Shown: positions 1 through 9,743 of the stretch, piece after piece | Position numbering within the stretch: the stretch's first letter is position 1 | Layout of the letters: each line of letters starts with the position of its first letter | Source of the DNA: an uncultured Chloroflexia bacterium | GTDB lineage: Bacteria > Chloroflexota > Anaerolineae > JAAYZQ01 | Assembly: GCA_963700285.1 (NCBI GenBank) | Contig: CAVOXA010000014.1 | Coordinates: 448,001 to 512,000 of the forward strand | Reading direction: 5' to 3' | DNA: 64,000 bases | Program-made: the position numbers and the translations under genes | The notes under the pieces: generated by a model | The model's database searches: none | What the model was told of the DNA's origin: nothing | What the model saw: only the letters and a program-made list of their open reading frames with translations

Positions 1-859
1 TCTCATCCCGGCCCCGGACCGGAGCACGGGTCGATAGGTCTCCGCTGCTCATCTGGCCAGCGACTGCTGCCAGCTCGCGGAGTGGCGCCGAGAGGCGACG
101 GCTCACCAGCAGCCCAACGATCAGGGCAAGGAACATCGCCCCTGCCGCAGCGAATAGGAACGCCCGGCGCGCCGTTGCCAGTGCTTCGCTGCCATAGTCC
201 GGGCCACTGCTGATCTCCACATAGCCCAGCGGGGCCTCCGTCTCTCCGATGGGCACCGCAATCACGCGCCCTGAACGGCGCGCCATCTGCTGCTGTGCAA
301 CCAGCGCCTCCAATTCCTCGAGATCCGAGGCAGCATGGAAACTGAAGCGGGTGCCCCAGGCATCATCCCACCGCCGCACGCCGGTGAAGGTACTATCGCG
401 AGGCAAATGCTCGAGCAGGGACAGGGCATCTGAGGGCAGCAGGGGTAGAGGCCACTGTGTGTCAAAGACCAGCTCTGGCATGAGCGCGCGAGGCAAGATT
501 GCCGGTTCCTCGTCTGCCCAACCGGGCAGGGGCAGGACCCACACAACCCCATCCCTCTTGGCGTGATTCCAAGAATCGGCCAGGACAACTTGATTGTCAT
601 CCAGGATCCTGATCCGGGCATTGCCCAGAAACGATAAAGTCAGCGCCAGCTCCTGCAACTCTGCCGGCTGAGCCAGCGGCTGCAATAGGGGCAGGGCACG
701 CAGCGCCACCGCCTCAGCGTTTGCAGAGAGGTTTTCGATTTCCTGCTGGCCGACATACCGCTTGATCAGCGACAGGGCCAGGACCCCGACCATGACCACC
801 GTCAGCAGCGTCAAGAGCAGGTAACTCAGAACCAATCGCCAGCGGATAGAACGGAACAT
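1..859 (-). CDS. HAMP-domain sensor histidine kinase, 5' part (runs off window)
   Basis: Manual translation from ATG at 859: MFRSIRWRLVLSYLLLTLLTVVMVGVLAL (TM1), later LALIVGLLVSRRLSAPLRELAAVAGQMSSGDLSTRAPVRGRDE (TM2 plus HAMP). Not in the ORF track because it lacks a stop in the window. Confidence 0.85.
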   Translation of the reverse strand, partial: MFRSIRWRLVLSYLLLTLLTVVMVGVLALSLIKRYVGQQEIENLSANAEAVALRALPLLQPLAQPAELQELALTLSFLGNARIRILDDNQVVLADSWNHAKRDGVVWVLPLPGWADEEPAILPRALMPELVFDTQWPLPLLPSDALSLLEHLPRDSTFTGVRRWDDAWGTRFSFHAASDLEELEALVAQQQMARRSGRVIAVPIGETEAPLGYVEISSGPDYGSEALATARRAFLFAAAGAMFLALIVGLLVSRRLSAPLRELAAVAGQMSSGDLSTRAPVRGRDE

Positions 860-866
860 GTCCGAT

Positions 867-1976
867 CTAGGCCGAGCCATCCCCGGGCGCAAAATCGGGC
901 TCAAGCTGATGCCAGTCAAAGGGTATCTGCCCCGGGTCAAAGGGAAGCTGATCCCAATCGAAGGGCAGCTCGTCCCAGTTGAAGGGCAACGCTTCCGGGT
1001 TGAAGGGCATTTCGGCGCCAGGCACACCAAAGAAGTACGGGCCACCGCGAAAGTCAAAGCCTTCGGGCACTTGCCCGCCCTCAAAGCGCCGCCGTTCCAT
1101 GGTACCACCGATCATAATCCCCAGGAAGGCCCGGTCGGGGTCTTCTGGATGTTGGGCCAGGGTGACCGTGACCTGGCGCCCTTCCTCATCTTCTTCCCGT
1201 AAGAAAGTCAGCGTGACACCGTCGCCGGCTTTGTGCTGGCCGATGGCCTCGACCAACTGCTCGGGCGTTTCAATCGGCTCTCCATCCAGGGCCATGATTA
1301 CGTCGCTTTCCTGCAAGCCGGCGGCCGAGGCAGGGCTGCCCTCGGTGACGCTGACGACAATCACGCCGCGCTCAACCATACCTCCTGGCATAGCAAAGGG
1401 CATCTGGGGATGATCAAAGCCCTCCTCTCCCTCAAAAGGAGGGACCCGCGAGCCTGGCGCTGCGGGTGGTGGGGAAACCGCATAGCGCACGCCCAGGTAG
1501 GGCGCCCCACTTTTGTCTGGGTGCTCAGCCAGGCGGACTCGTATCTCCTTTTGTCCCTCCCCGGGACGGGTTACCGCCAGGCGGATCCTATCCCCTGGCC
1601 CATGTTCAGCCACGAGTTCTGCCAGGCCACGCTCAGCACTGAGGCTCTCTCCGCCCACAGCAAGGACAACGTCACCCGCGTGCAAGCCTGCATCCTCGGC
1701 TGGGCTTCCAGGCATGACTTCGACGATGACTGCACTGGGAGCCGGGATGACCTTCTCTACCTCGAACTCTCTCTCGACGATGACGCCGGCGGGGAACTCT
1801 GCCGATGGCGAATCCTCACCCAGCTTCATCACGCCAAAGACCAACCCTCCGCCGAACAACGCACCCAGGCCACAGGCCAAACAGATCGCAAGCACCAGGC
1901 CGAGGACCTTGAGTACGCGCATCCTGGCATAGTGTGCCTCTTCGGGATCTGACACAACTTGGTTCTCCATCATCAA
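867..1976 (-). CDS. Membrane-anchored protein with two PDZ domains, no protease domain
   Basis: N-terminal TM; two copies of V..V..GSPA..AGL..GDV..A..G and PYLGV/AFLGI loops; GGAGG RBS. Confidence 0.85.
   Translation of the reverse strand: MMMENQVVSDPEEAHYARMRVLKVLGLVLAICLACGLGALFGGGLVFGVMKLGEDSPSAEFPAGVIVEREFEVEKVIPAPSAVIVEVMPGSPAEDAGLHAGDVVLAVGGESLSAERGLAELVAEHGPGDRIRLAVTRPGEGQKEIRVRLAEHPDKSGAPYLGVRYAVSPPPAAPGSRVPPFEGEEGFDHPQMPFAMPGGMVERGVIVVSVTEGSPASAAGLQESDVIMALDGEPIETPEQLVEAIGQHKAGDGVTLTFLREEDEEGRQVTVTLAQHPEDPDRAFLGIMIGGTMERRRFEGGQVPEGFDFRGGPYFFGVPGAEMPFNPEALPFNWDELPFDWDQLPFDPGQIPFDWHQLEPDFAPGDGSA
901..1008 (-). repeat. 21-bp (7-aa) tandem repeat x5 in the PDZ protein tail
   Basis: PFNPEAL PFNWDEL PFDWDQL PFDPGQI PFDWHQL; (a/g)aaggg at 918, 939, 960, 981, 1002. 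Confidence 0.85.
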
Positions 1977-2027
1977 CCTCCTCCATAGTCTGGTGAACGA
2001 ACCTAATCCCTGTACGCATCATATCAC

Positions 2028-2060
2028 AGAATGGTTGTAGAACGGTTGTGATTGTGTTAA
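2028..2060 (-). promoter_or_regulatory. 11-bp-period direct repeats, candidate OmpR/PhoB-type binding site
   Basis: Minus strand TTAACACAATC ACAACCGTTCT ACAACCATTCT, followed by TATGAT (-10-like). Confidence 0.5.
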
Positions 2061-2198
2061 GGTATCGCAACATGGAGAAGAGAGGAGGGAGAAGGGAAAA
2101 GGGACAAGGCGAGCCAGCTCAAGCAGCCGCTGGGGCAGATGGAAGAAATGGGCGGCCATACTGGGAGGCAGGTGGTAGTCAAGCAGACGGAGAGTAGC

Positions 2199-2897
2199 TC
2201 ACATCTCAAGCTTGTAGCCAAGTCCGCGCACGGTGACGATCCATCGCGGGTCGGCGGGGTCGTCCTCCAGCTTCTCACGCAGGTGCCGGACGTGCACGTC
2301 CACCGTGCGATGGCTGCCGATGTCGCTGTCATAGCCCCAAACTGCCTCGATCAACGCCTCCCGGCTGAGGGGCCGTCCGGGATTGGCGACCAGGTAGTGC
2401 AGGAGTCGGAACTCGGTGGGCGTCAGGTCTACCATCCGGCCTTGCTTGCGGACCTGCAAACGTATCAGATCCACCTCTATCTGACCAAAGGTCAGGCGTT
2501 CGGCACCGACAACTACGGCCAGATCACCGTAAGCACGGCGCAAGAGAGCCCTGATGCGCGATATGAGTTCGCGAAAGCTGAAGGGTTTGATCACATAGTC
2601 GTCAGCACCAAGCTCCAGGCCCAGCACCTTGTCAACCTCCTCATCCCGGGCCGTGAGCATCAGGATGGGCATTCGCCGGCCCTCGGCTCGAAGCAGGCGG
2701 CAGACGTCAAAACCACTGATATCCGGTAGTCGGATGTCCAGCAAGATCAGGTGGGGATCTTGGCTGCGCGCCAAGTCAAGGGCTTCCTGCCCCGTCTCGG
2801 CGCGCAGGACGGCAAAGGCCTCACTGGCCAGCCCATATTCCAGGGCCCTGGCCACAGCGCGCTCGTCCTCAACGACGAGGATCCGTTCTCCTGACAT
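2199..2897 (-). CDS. OmpR/PhoB-family response regulator
   Basis: ILVVEDE, LLDIRLP, GADDYVIKPF, TVDVHVRHLREKLE, TVRGLGYK. Confidence 0.95.
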   Translation of the reverse strand: MSGERILVVEDERAVARALEYGLASEAFAVLRAETGQEALDLARSQDPHLILLDIRLPDISGFDVCRLLRAEGRRMPILMLTARDEEVDKVLGLELGADDYVIKPFSFRELISRIRALLRRAYGDLAVVVGAERLTFGQIEVDLIRLQVRKQGRMVDLTPTEFRLLHYLVANPGRPLSREALIEAVWGYDSDIGSHRTVDVHVRHLREKLEDDPADPRWIVTVRGLGYKLEM

Positions 2898-3991
2898 TAG
2901 GCCCCGGGAACGACGACGACCTTGATGGCACCGCCCAAGCGCTTCTCAGCCGTCTCAAATGCAGCGTGGATCTCGTCAAGGGAAAAGGTATGAGTAAGTA
3001 GGGGGGACAGATCCACATCCCTCCGTCCGAGCAGGGCCAGAGCCTGGGCCATGGACCTTTCGCCCTCAGCCTTGGAACCGGCGACAGTGATGTTCCACTG
3101 CACCATCTTGTTCACGTCCAAGCGCGCCGGTTCGGCATAGATGCCAACCAGGACCACGCGGCCGTTTTTTTTGGCAAATGCTACTGCGTCAACGGCCGCC
3201 TGCGTCGTGCCAGCACACTCGACTATGGCGTCCGCACCCACGCCGGCCGTGAGGCCCATGACGCGCTCAAGGGCGTCCTCCTCACGGACGTTGATGGTGA
3301 CGTCGGCACCAAGCTGTCGGCCCACCTCCAGCCGTTCTGAGCGTGTCCCGGTGAGTACGATGGTCCCCGCGCCCAGGAGCCGGGCCATGACCACCGCCAT
3401 CAGGCCTATGGCGCCCGGGCCCGAAACGACGACGGTTTCTCCGGCCTGGATGCCGCCTATGCGCCGGATGCCATATAGGGAGGTCGCCGCCGTGGTGACG
3501 AGTGTCGCCTCGGCCAGAGACATAGAATCGGGGATCTTGTATACCGAATTGACGTGATTGCAGGCATACTCGGCATAGCCACCATTGGCGCTGAAGCCAT
3601 AGTGGCGATGTCCCTTGTCATGATGCCCATAGTTCAGGCAGGTGTTGTAGAGGCCATCGCGACAGTTGTCACAGACTCCGCAGCCCTTGTGCGGCTCTAC
3701 AGCGACTCGATCGCCAACGTTCAACTCGGTGACGCCGTCGCCCAAGGCAGCGACCTTGCCCGTATACTCGTGGCCAAAGATGAACCCGCCGCGCTGGCCG
3801 GGTACACCATAGGGTGGATGGTTCGGCCAACCATGGGCCAGGATCTTGGGATCGGATCCACAGATGGCGCAGGCGCCAACCTCAATCAATACCTCGCCGG
3901 CCCCAGGTTCGGGCACCGGGTAGTCGTCCACAAGGCGCAGATCACCTTCGCCGTATAGTACGGCTGCTTTCATTTCCTTTGGATAAACCAT
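2897..3991 (-). CDS. Zn-dependent (MDR) polyol/alcohol dehydrogenase
   Basis: ICGSD, GHEYTG, CGVCDNC, GPGAIG; start MVYPKEMK with GGAG RBS. Confidence 0.9.
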   Translation of the reverse strand: MVYPKEMKAAVLYGEGDLRLVDDYPVPEPGAGEVLIEVGACAICGSDPKILAHGWPNHPPYGVPGQRGGFIFGHEYTGKVAALGDGVTELNVGDRVAVEPHKGCGVCDNCRDGLYNTCLNYGHHDKGHRHYGFSANGGYAEYACNHVNSVYKIPDSMSLAEATLVTTAATSLYGIRRIGGIQAGETVVVSGPGAIGLMAVVMARLLGAGTIVLTGTRSERLEVGRQLGADVTINVREEDALERVMGLTAGVGADAIVECAGTTQAAVDAVAFAKKNGRVVLVGIYAEPARLDVNKMVQWNITVAGSKAEGERSMAQALALLGRRDVDLSPLLTHTFSLDEIHAAFETAEKRLGGAIKVVVVPGA

Positions 3992-4051
3992 ATTGACTCC
4001 TTTGCAGGTGCTGGGCTGCGCGTGAAAACGCCAAGACCCCATTCCAAGGAC

Positions 4052-5089
4052 CTATACAAAGCGCATCAATACCTTCATCGATGCCCGCCTGTCCAAGGCC
4101 AACTCAAAGGCGCGGGAGTATTCCTCATATGGAATCCGGTGGCTAACGAGTTCCGCGGCCAATTCGGGATATTCCGACACAAAGGCCAGCACGCGCTCAA
4201 ATTCGCCGGTGCCGCCGATGCTGCCCATGACACGCGCTGCCTTGAGGGTGATCTGTTTGAGGCTGAATTCGACGGCTGGTATGAAACCCAAAGCCATGAT
4301 CGTGCCCAGCGGCTGCACCAAATCAACGGCCTGTGTGAATGCGGCCGGGGCGGCCGTGGTCTCAAAGATGGCATCATAGCCACGGCCAGAGTAGAGGCCG
4401 CCGTAGCCTTCGGCATCGCCTCCAGCAGCCACCACATCGGTTAGCTCAGCCGCGCCGAGACGCTGTGCTTTCTCGACCCGAGCTTTGACGATATCGAACA
4501 CCTCTACGTGCTGGCAGCCCTCGATGTATTTGAGCGCAAAGAAGCAGGACAGGCCAATGGTCCCCCCGCCAAGTACGAGGACCTTGTCTCGGTTCAGCCC
4601 GGGGTGCAGATCCCGGACCCGGCGCACGGCGTGCGCCCCCACGGCCAGGGGCTCACTCAGAGCTACCAGGTCCAGATCCGCCCGGGGATCGGCCCGATAA
4701 ACGTATTTCTCATCCTGGAGAAACATCTGGCGCGACGCGCCGTCGATGGTGATGCCAACCTTTTCGATGTGCTGGCAGAGGTTCTTGTCGAGCCCACAGT
4801 AGGCGCACTCACCACAGAAGATCGAGCAATCGCCCGTGACCTTGTCGCCTGGCCTGACCTTGGTGACAGCCGGACCCACCGCCTCGACGGTCCCGGACCA
4901 CTCGTGGCCAAAGTACAAGGGATAGTTTTTCGGACCCTCGTAAGTGCCGAGATACAGCCCTACGTCGGATCCGCATAGGCCCACGGCATGGGTCCTGATC
5001 AGCACCTGGCTGCTATCCGGCGCGGCCACCTCTTCCGAGACGATGCGGGCCTTGCCACATCCCTGTAGAACAACTCCCTTTGACTGCAT
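4052..5089 (-). CDS. Zn-dependent (MDR) polyol/sugar-acid dehydrogenase
   Basis: LCGSD, GHEWSG, CGECAYC, GGGTIG; start moved to MQSKGVVL. Confidence 0.88.
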   Translation of the reverse strand: MQSKGVVLQGCGKARIVSEEVAAPDSSQVLIRTHAVGLCGSDVGLYLGTYEGPKNYPLYFGHEWSGTVEAVGPAVTKVRPGDKVTGDCSIFCGECAYCGLDKNLCQHIEKVGITIDGASRQMFLQDEKYVYRADPRADLDLVALSEPLAVGAHAVRRVRDLHPGLNRDKVLVLGGGTIGLSCFFALKYIEGCQHVEVFDIVKARVEKAQRLGAAELTDVVAAGGDAEGYGGLYSGRGYDAIFETTAAPAAFTQAVDLVQPLGTIMALGFIPAVEFSLKQITLKAARVMGSIGGTGEFERVLAFVSEYPELAAELVSHRIPYEEYSRAFELALDRRASMKVLMRFV

Positions 5090-5238
5090 GTTCCTCTCAA
5101 TTCTGACGGCCTGCTTCCGGAAAGGCTTGAACGAGACCTGAAGCAGGGCATCAACTCGGGTTTGCCGGACGGCGGCGGTTACTCTGCTGCAATCCTGGGT
5201 GAATTCCAAGTTCGGAGTAAGCGCTCTTGGACCAGAGA

Positions 5239-5260
5239 AGCGCGCTGAAGCGCGCACTAC
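5239..5260 (-). repeat. GTAG-tagged REP-like palindrome
   Basis: Minus strand GTAG-T-GCGCGC-TTCA-GCGCGC-T in a 245-bp intergenic gap. Confidence 0.55.
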
Positions 5261-5334
5261 TAACGGAGACAGCTCGACTACTTGATGTAGTCAGATTTCC
5301 CAAGTGCGCGGATATCGATAGAAACGGGCTGCTC

Positions 5335-6270
5335 CTACACCAGGCGATTGATGGGCTTGCCGGCCAGCCAGGCACGGACGTTGGCGAGGGAGACCTCCAT
5401 AATGCGGTCGCAGGCCTCCTCGGCGTACCAACCGATGTGCGGCGTGATGACCACGTTGGCGTCCCCGAAATCGTGATAGACGTCGAGTTCATCCTCCAGC
5501 ACATCCAGTCCCGCACCGCGCAGCCGGCCTGAAGCCAGCGCCTCTTTCAGCGCAGCGGTATCTACGACGGGGCCCCTTGAGGTATTGATCAGGATGGCGG
5601 TGGGCTTGACCAGTTCCAGGGCAGCAGCATCAATAAGGTGATAACTGGATTCGTTCAGGTCGACGTGCAATGTGATAAAGTCGGATGCGGCCAGCACCTC
5701 GGACTTGGGCCAGTAGCGAAAGCCTTTCTCGGCCGCCAAAGCCTCATCCGGGGCGATGTCGCAAGCCATGATCTGCATGCCAAAGCCCTGGCCGATGCGG
5801 ACGCTGTGCCGGCCAACCCGGCCGACGCCGATCACCCCCAACGTCTTGCCATACAGCTCGGGTCCGCCCAAGCCCGAGTCGTCAAAGTACCTCATCTGCT
5901 GGTAACGGGAGTAGCCCTGGCAGACGTTGCGGCCCACAGCCAGCATGAGACCAAAAGCTAACTCGGCAATGACGTGCGAGCCATAGTCGGGGACATTGCA
6001 GACCACAATGCCCCGCTTTTTGGCTGCCGCCAGGTCGATATGGTCGTAGCCTACGGTACGGGTTACAATGAGCTTGAGGTTCGGGCAAACGTCCAAACAT
6101 TCAGCCGTAACGATGCCCGTCTTTTCCCGGGTCATGAGAATGTCGGCGTCTCCAATCGCGGCAGGAAGCTCTCCCGGAGTGTCCAATGGAGGATAGAATT
6201 CAAATTCGCACCCATCAAGGCGGATCGCGTTTTTATCCTCAAAAACAAAGTCTACAAATGCTACCTTCAT
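5335..6270 (-). CDS. D-isomer-specific 2-hydroxyacid dehydrogenase
   Basis: VGYDHIDL, GVGRVG, INTSRG, GLDVLEDE, ITPHIG. Confidence 0.92.
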   Translation of the reverse strand: MKVAFVDFVFEDKNAIRLDGCEFEFYPPLDTPGELPAAIGDADILMTREKTGIVTAECLDVCPNLKLIVTRTVGYDHIDLAAAKKRGIVVCNVPDYGSHVIAELAFGLMLAVGRNVCQGYSRYQQMRYFDDSGLGGPELYGKTLGVIGVGRVGRHSVRIGQGFGMQIMACDIAPDEALAAEKGFRYWPKSEVLAASDFITLHVDLNESSYHLIDAAALELVKPTAILINTSRGPVVDTAALKEALASGRLRGAGLDVLEDELDVYHDFGDANVVITPHIGWYAEEACDRIMEVSLANVRAWLAGKPINRLV

Positions 6271-7283
6271 TGGTATTCTGCAAGCTCCACAATTCTGGAC
6301 TCATGATAGGAACAAGTAGCAGCCAGCCCGATGACCAGGGCTGCACGGGCATCATAGGCATCCACAGCCGCCTCTTTCCCGTCTCGAACGCGAACCACAA
6401 AATCGAGGGTCTGTGCCCGGTAGGCATCACCAAAACGCTGGACGATATAGGGTACCATGTCGTGCTGAATTCCTTTGACCGTCATGAGCAGCACTGGCGT
6501 CTGCTGGTAGTAGCCCACGTTCAGGCCACCCTCGGTACCCAAGATCTCTGTGCGGATATCATAACCATAGACCGCGTTGCGGCTGACCTCTACGTTGCCA
6601 AGGGCACCGTTCTCAAAGAGCATGTTCACCACGGCGTTGTCAATGTCGCCGACAGTATTGAGTTGGGGAAAAGCCAGCGTCCCGCCCTCAGTCTGTACTC
6701 GCTTGACCTCATCGGCCATCAGCCAACGGCCCAGGTCAAAATCGTGGATTGCCATGTCCAGGATGAGCCCGCCGCTCACGCTGGGTCGTGCGTATTCCAG
6801 GTCGGGACAGAAGGGGTCGCGACCGATGGACTTGAAGGTGACCGGCTTGCCGATGATCCCAGCTTCGATCTGTTCCTTGGCGGCGACGTAGCCACTGTCA
6901 AAGCGCCGCATGAAGCCGGCCTGGAACATCACGCCAGCCATGTCGATGGCAGCGATCATTGCATCGGTATCTTCTAGGGTCAGGGCGATGGGCTTCTCAC
7001 AAAAGATCGCCTTCCCCGCCTCGGCCGCAGCGATTACCACTTTGCGGTGCGTGCTCGTGGATGAAACCACAAACACAGCCTCAATGGTACGGTCCTCCAG
7101 CAGATCCTGGTAGTTCGCCGTCCAGGATTCTATGCCCAGCTCGCCAGCCAATTCCTGCGCCCGGTCAGCAACCACATCGGAGATTCCGACAATCCGAACG
7201 CCGGAGGCCTGCGCCAGGTGCCTAGCATAGATCTGCCCCATCCGCCCCAAGCCAATGATGCCAACTGGCAGTTTCGCACTCAC
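6267..7283 (-). CDS. Gfo/Idh/MocA inositol-dehydrogenase-like oxidoreductase
   Basis: GLGRMG, CEKP, GFMRRFD, SGGLILDMAIHDFD, YGYDIRTE. Confidence 0.9.
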   Translation of the reverse strand: MSAKLPVGIIGLGRMGQIYARHLAQASGVRIVGISDVVADRAQELAGELGIESWTANYQDLLEDRTIEAVFVVSSTSTHRKVVIAAAEAGKAIFCEKPIALTLEDTDAMIAAIDMAGVMFQAGFMRRFDSGYVAAKEQIEAGIIGKPVTFKSIGRDPFCPDLEYARPSVSGGLILDMAIHDFDLGRWLMADEVKRVQTEGGTLAFPQLNTVGDIDNAVVNMLFENGALGNVEVSRNAVYGYDIRTEILGTEGGLNVGYYQQTPVLLMTVKGIQHDMVPYIVQRFGDAYRAQTLDFVVRVRDGKEAAVDAYDARAALVIGLAATCSYHESRIVELAEYQ

Positions 7284-7334
7284 TTTTTGTTCCTTTCAAT
7301 CAATCTCGCAGCATGAAAGCTAATCGCATTCGAT

Positions 7335-8141
7335 CTATCGCACGTAGGCGACACCACCATCCACCGTGAGAATGGCACCCGTGATCTTGGCGGAGCGATC
7401 AGAGAGTAGAAACAGTGCTGCATTGGCCACGTCCTCGGGGTCGATGTTCGTCTTGAGGGCACAACGATCTCGGTAGTAGGCCGGTATCTCTGCCTCCGAG
7501 ATGTTGTAACGCTTTGCTGTTCCCAGCCGGTAGTCATCGTCCTCCCACAAGCCAGAGCCTTCCAGGACAGCATCGGGACAGATGGTATTCACCCTGATGC
7601 CGAACCTGCCCAATTCTTGGGCCAGAGAACGGGCCATGGTCAGCTCGCCCCCCTTGGTGGCACAGTAGAGGCTCTTCTCCGCTGCTCCGACCAGCCCATT
7701 CTTTGAGGAAATGAAGAGTAACGATCCCCTGGTGCCCGACTCTTTCATCACCCTCACGGCTTCCCGGGCGCACTTGAAGTAGCCCTTGAGGTTGGTATCG
7801 ATCGTTACGTCAATTTCCTCGTCCGACAATGTATCTATCGACCGCACTTGGGTGACCGCCGCGTTGTTGACCAGGATGTCCAGCCGTCCGAACTCACGCA
7901 CAGTCACATCGAATGCCCGTTGGACCTGAGAGGTATCGCGGACATCGGCAACGACGAGTAGTGCCGACCCTGGGCCATAGGCACGGACGAGTTCCTGGTG
8001 GAACTGTTCAAGCCGGTCCCTGTCGACGTCGACCAGGGCGACTTTGGCCCCAGCCTCAGCCAAGCCAGTGCCCAGAGCCCGACCAATGGCCCCGGCACCT
8101 CCTGTTATGAGGGCAACCTGTCCCGCGAGAGGTTTTTCCAT
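7335..8141 (-). CDS. SDR oxidoreductase (resembles the C-terminal dehydrogenase domain of bifunctional RhaD)
   Basis: TGGAGAIG, NNA, SSKN, YCATK, CPDAVLEGSGLW. Confidence 0.88.
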   Translation of the reverse strand: MEKPLAGQVALITGGAGAIGRALGTGLAEAGAKVALVDVDRDRLEQFHQELVRAYGPGSALLVVADVRDTSQVQRAFDVTVREFGRLDILVNNAAVTQVRSIDTLSDEEIDVTIDTNLKGYFKCAREAVRVMKESGTRGSLLFISSKNGLVGAAEKSLYCATKGGELTMARSLAQELGRFGIRVNTICPDAVLEGSGLWEDDDYRLGTAKRYNISEAEIPAYYRDRCALKTNIDPEDVANAALFLLSDRSAKITGAILTVDGGVAYVR

Positions 8142-8144
8142 ATC

Positions 8145-9683
8145 CTAACTCACCTTCTCCTCAGTATACTGAGGGCATAGAACCGGCTCAAGGGCGCGGA
8201 AGGTCTCATTGAACAGATCTCTCCTGTCTGCGTAGAGCGACAAGAGACCCGGATCCGGAGAGATTTGGGAACCTATCCGCACAGACTGGCCGATAGCGGT
8301 TTGAATGTCACTGTATTCGCCCGCTCCCACGCCTGCCAGGAGTGCAGCCCCTAGACAGCCCGGTTCCTCCACCTGGACCACCTCGATGGACTGCCCCAGA
8401 ACATCGGTGAGGATCTGCCGCCAAACCGGGAGGCGCCCACCTCCGCTCTGCCCGGTTCTGAGGAGGGTCACGGAATCGTCCCTCTGACAGGCAATCGCCT
8501 GGATGGCATCGAGGCAGTTTGCCACGGCAAAGGCGATACCTTCCATGATGCTCCTCACAAAGTGGCCTTTCCCATGCCAGGGCCTGATGCCCAGAAAAGC
8601 CCCGCTCGCCTCGGGGTTAGAGAAAGGCGATCGCTCGCCAAAGAGGTAGGGGTGAAAGAGAAGGCCATCACTGCCCGGTGGAACACTGGCCGCCAATGAC
8701 TCCAGCTCACGGTAGGCGTCGGCTTCTTCCAGGGCGCCCCCAAGACACATCCCCTTGAACCATGACAGTACAGACGAGCCCGCCATAGAAGACGCCGACA
8801 CGGTGAAGCGGCCGGGCATGACATGCTGCTGGATCCAGACCATTTTCTCCAGGGGCCTGACCATGCCTGCGAATGAGGCCCGCAGCGTGCTGTTGGTTCC
8901 TAGCAACAGCCCAGCTTCCCCGGAGCCGACCACTCCCATTCCGACCAGGGCGCAGTGGGAATCCCCACCACCATGGACGACAGGCGTCCCAGCCTCGAGG
9001 CCGGTGGCCGCAGCCGCCTCCCGGGTAAGGCTACCGGCGACCTGGCTTGCTCTACCAATCTTGGGTAGGTTGTGGCCGGGAACCTGCAGCAGCGAACACA
9101 GCTTATCGGACCATTCCTGCTCGGGCATCGCGATCAGGTTTGTACCGGTGGCATCACAAAGCTCAGTACCCATTCTGCCCGTAAGGCGGTAGCGCAGATA
9201 GTCCTTGGCCAGCAGGATCCAGCAGGTTTTCTCCAGGACCTCGGGCTCCCGTGTGCGAACCAGGTGGTAAATCGGTGGAAAGTGCCCTGTCGTCACCTTG
9301 CTGCCAGAAAGGTCGATCACCTGCTGCAGGATACCGTTCTGTGCCAACTCGGCAAGGCTCTGGGCAAGACGGCGGTCATGGGTCACGATGGTTGGGCGAG
9401 TTGGCTCTCCTTCGGCGTCTAGAAACACCGGGCAGTGGTGGAAACCGCAGACGCCGATGGCGGCCACCGAAGCAGCGCCGATCCGGGCCCCCTCCAGCGC
9501 CTGCCCTATCGCCACACAGCAGCCCGCCCACCACGTTTTGGGATCTTGTTCGGCCCAACCCTCGCGACCGGCCAGATAGCGATTTGCTGCTCTGCCCAGC
9601 CCAAGGAGCTGGCCATCAAGGCCAAAGATCGCGGCTTTCAGGCCGCTGGTACCCAGATCAATTCCTAAAAGGGCTTTCATCAA
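8145..9683 (-). CDS. FGGY-family carbohydrate kinase (xylulokinase/gluconokinase-like)
   Basis: GIDLGTSGLK, GGGD, PYLFGERSP, EGIAF. Confidence 0.92.
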   Translation of the reverse strand: MMKALLGIDLGTSGLKAAIFGLDGQLLGLGRAANRYLAGREGWAEQDPKTWWAGCCVAIGQALEGARIGAASVAAIGVCGFHHCPVFLDAEGEPTRPTIVTHDRRLAQSLAELAQNGILQQVIDLSGSKVTTGHFPPIYHLVRTREPEVLEKTCWILLAKDYLRYRLTGRMGTELCDATGTNLIAMPEQEWSDKLCSLLQVPGHNLPKIGRASQVAGSLTREAAAATGLEAGTPVVHGGGDSHCALVGMGVVGSGEAGLLLGTNSTLRASFAGMVRPLEKMVWIQQHVMPGRFTVSASSMAGSSVLSWFKGMCLGGALEEADAYRELESLAASVPPGSDGLLFHPYLFGERSPFSNPEASGAFLGIRPWHGKGHFVRSIMEGIAFAVANCLDAIQAIACQRDDSVTLLRTGQSGGGRLPVWRQILTDVLGQSIEVVQVEEPGCLGAALLAGVGAGEYSDIQTAIGQSVRIGSQISPDPGLLSLYADRRDLFNETFRALEPVLCPQYTEEKVS

Positions 9684-9704
9684 AGCCTGTGTGGAAGATA
9701 GAAT

Positions 9705-9735
9705 ACTGGACCAGTCTCGTGAAGACTGGTCCAGT
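9705..9735 (-). terminator. Perfect 13-bp stem-loop downstream of iolM (terminator or mRNA stabiliser)
   Basis: ACTGGACCAGTCT-cgtga-AGACTGGTCCAGT. Confidence 0.6.
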
Positions 9736-9743
9736 GTGTACCC

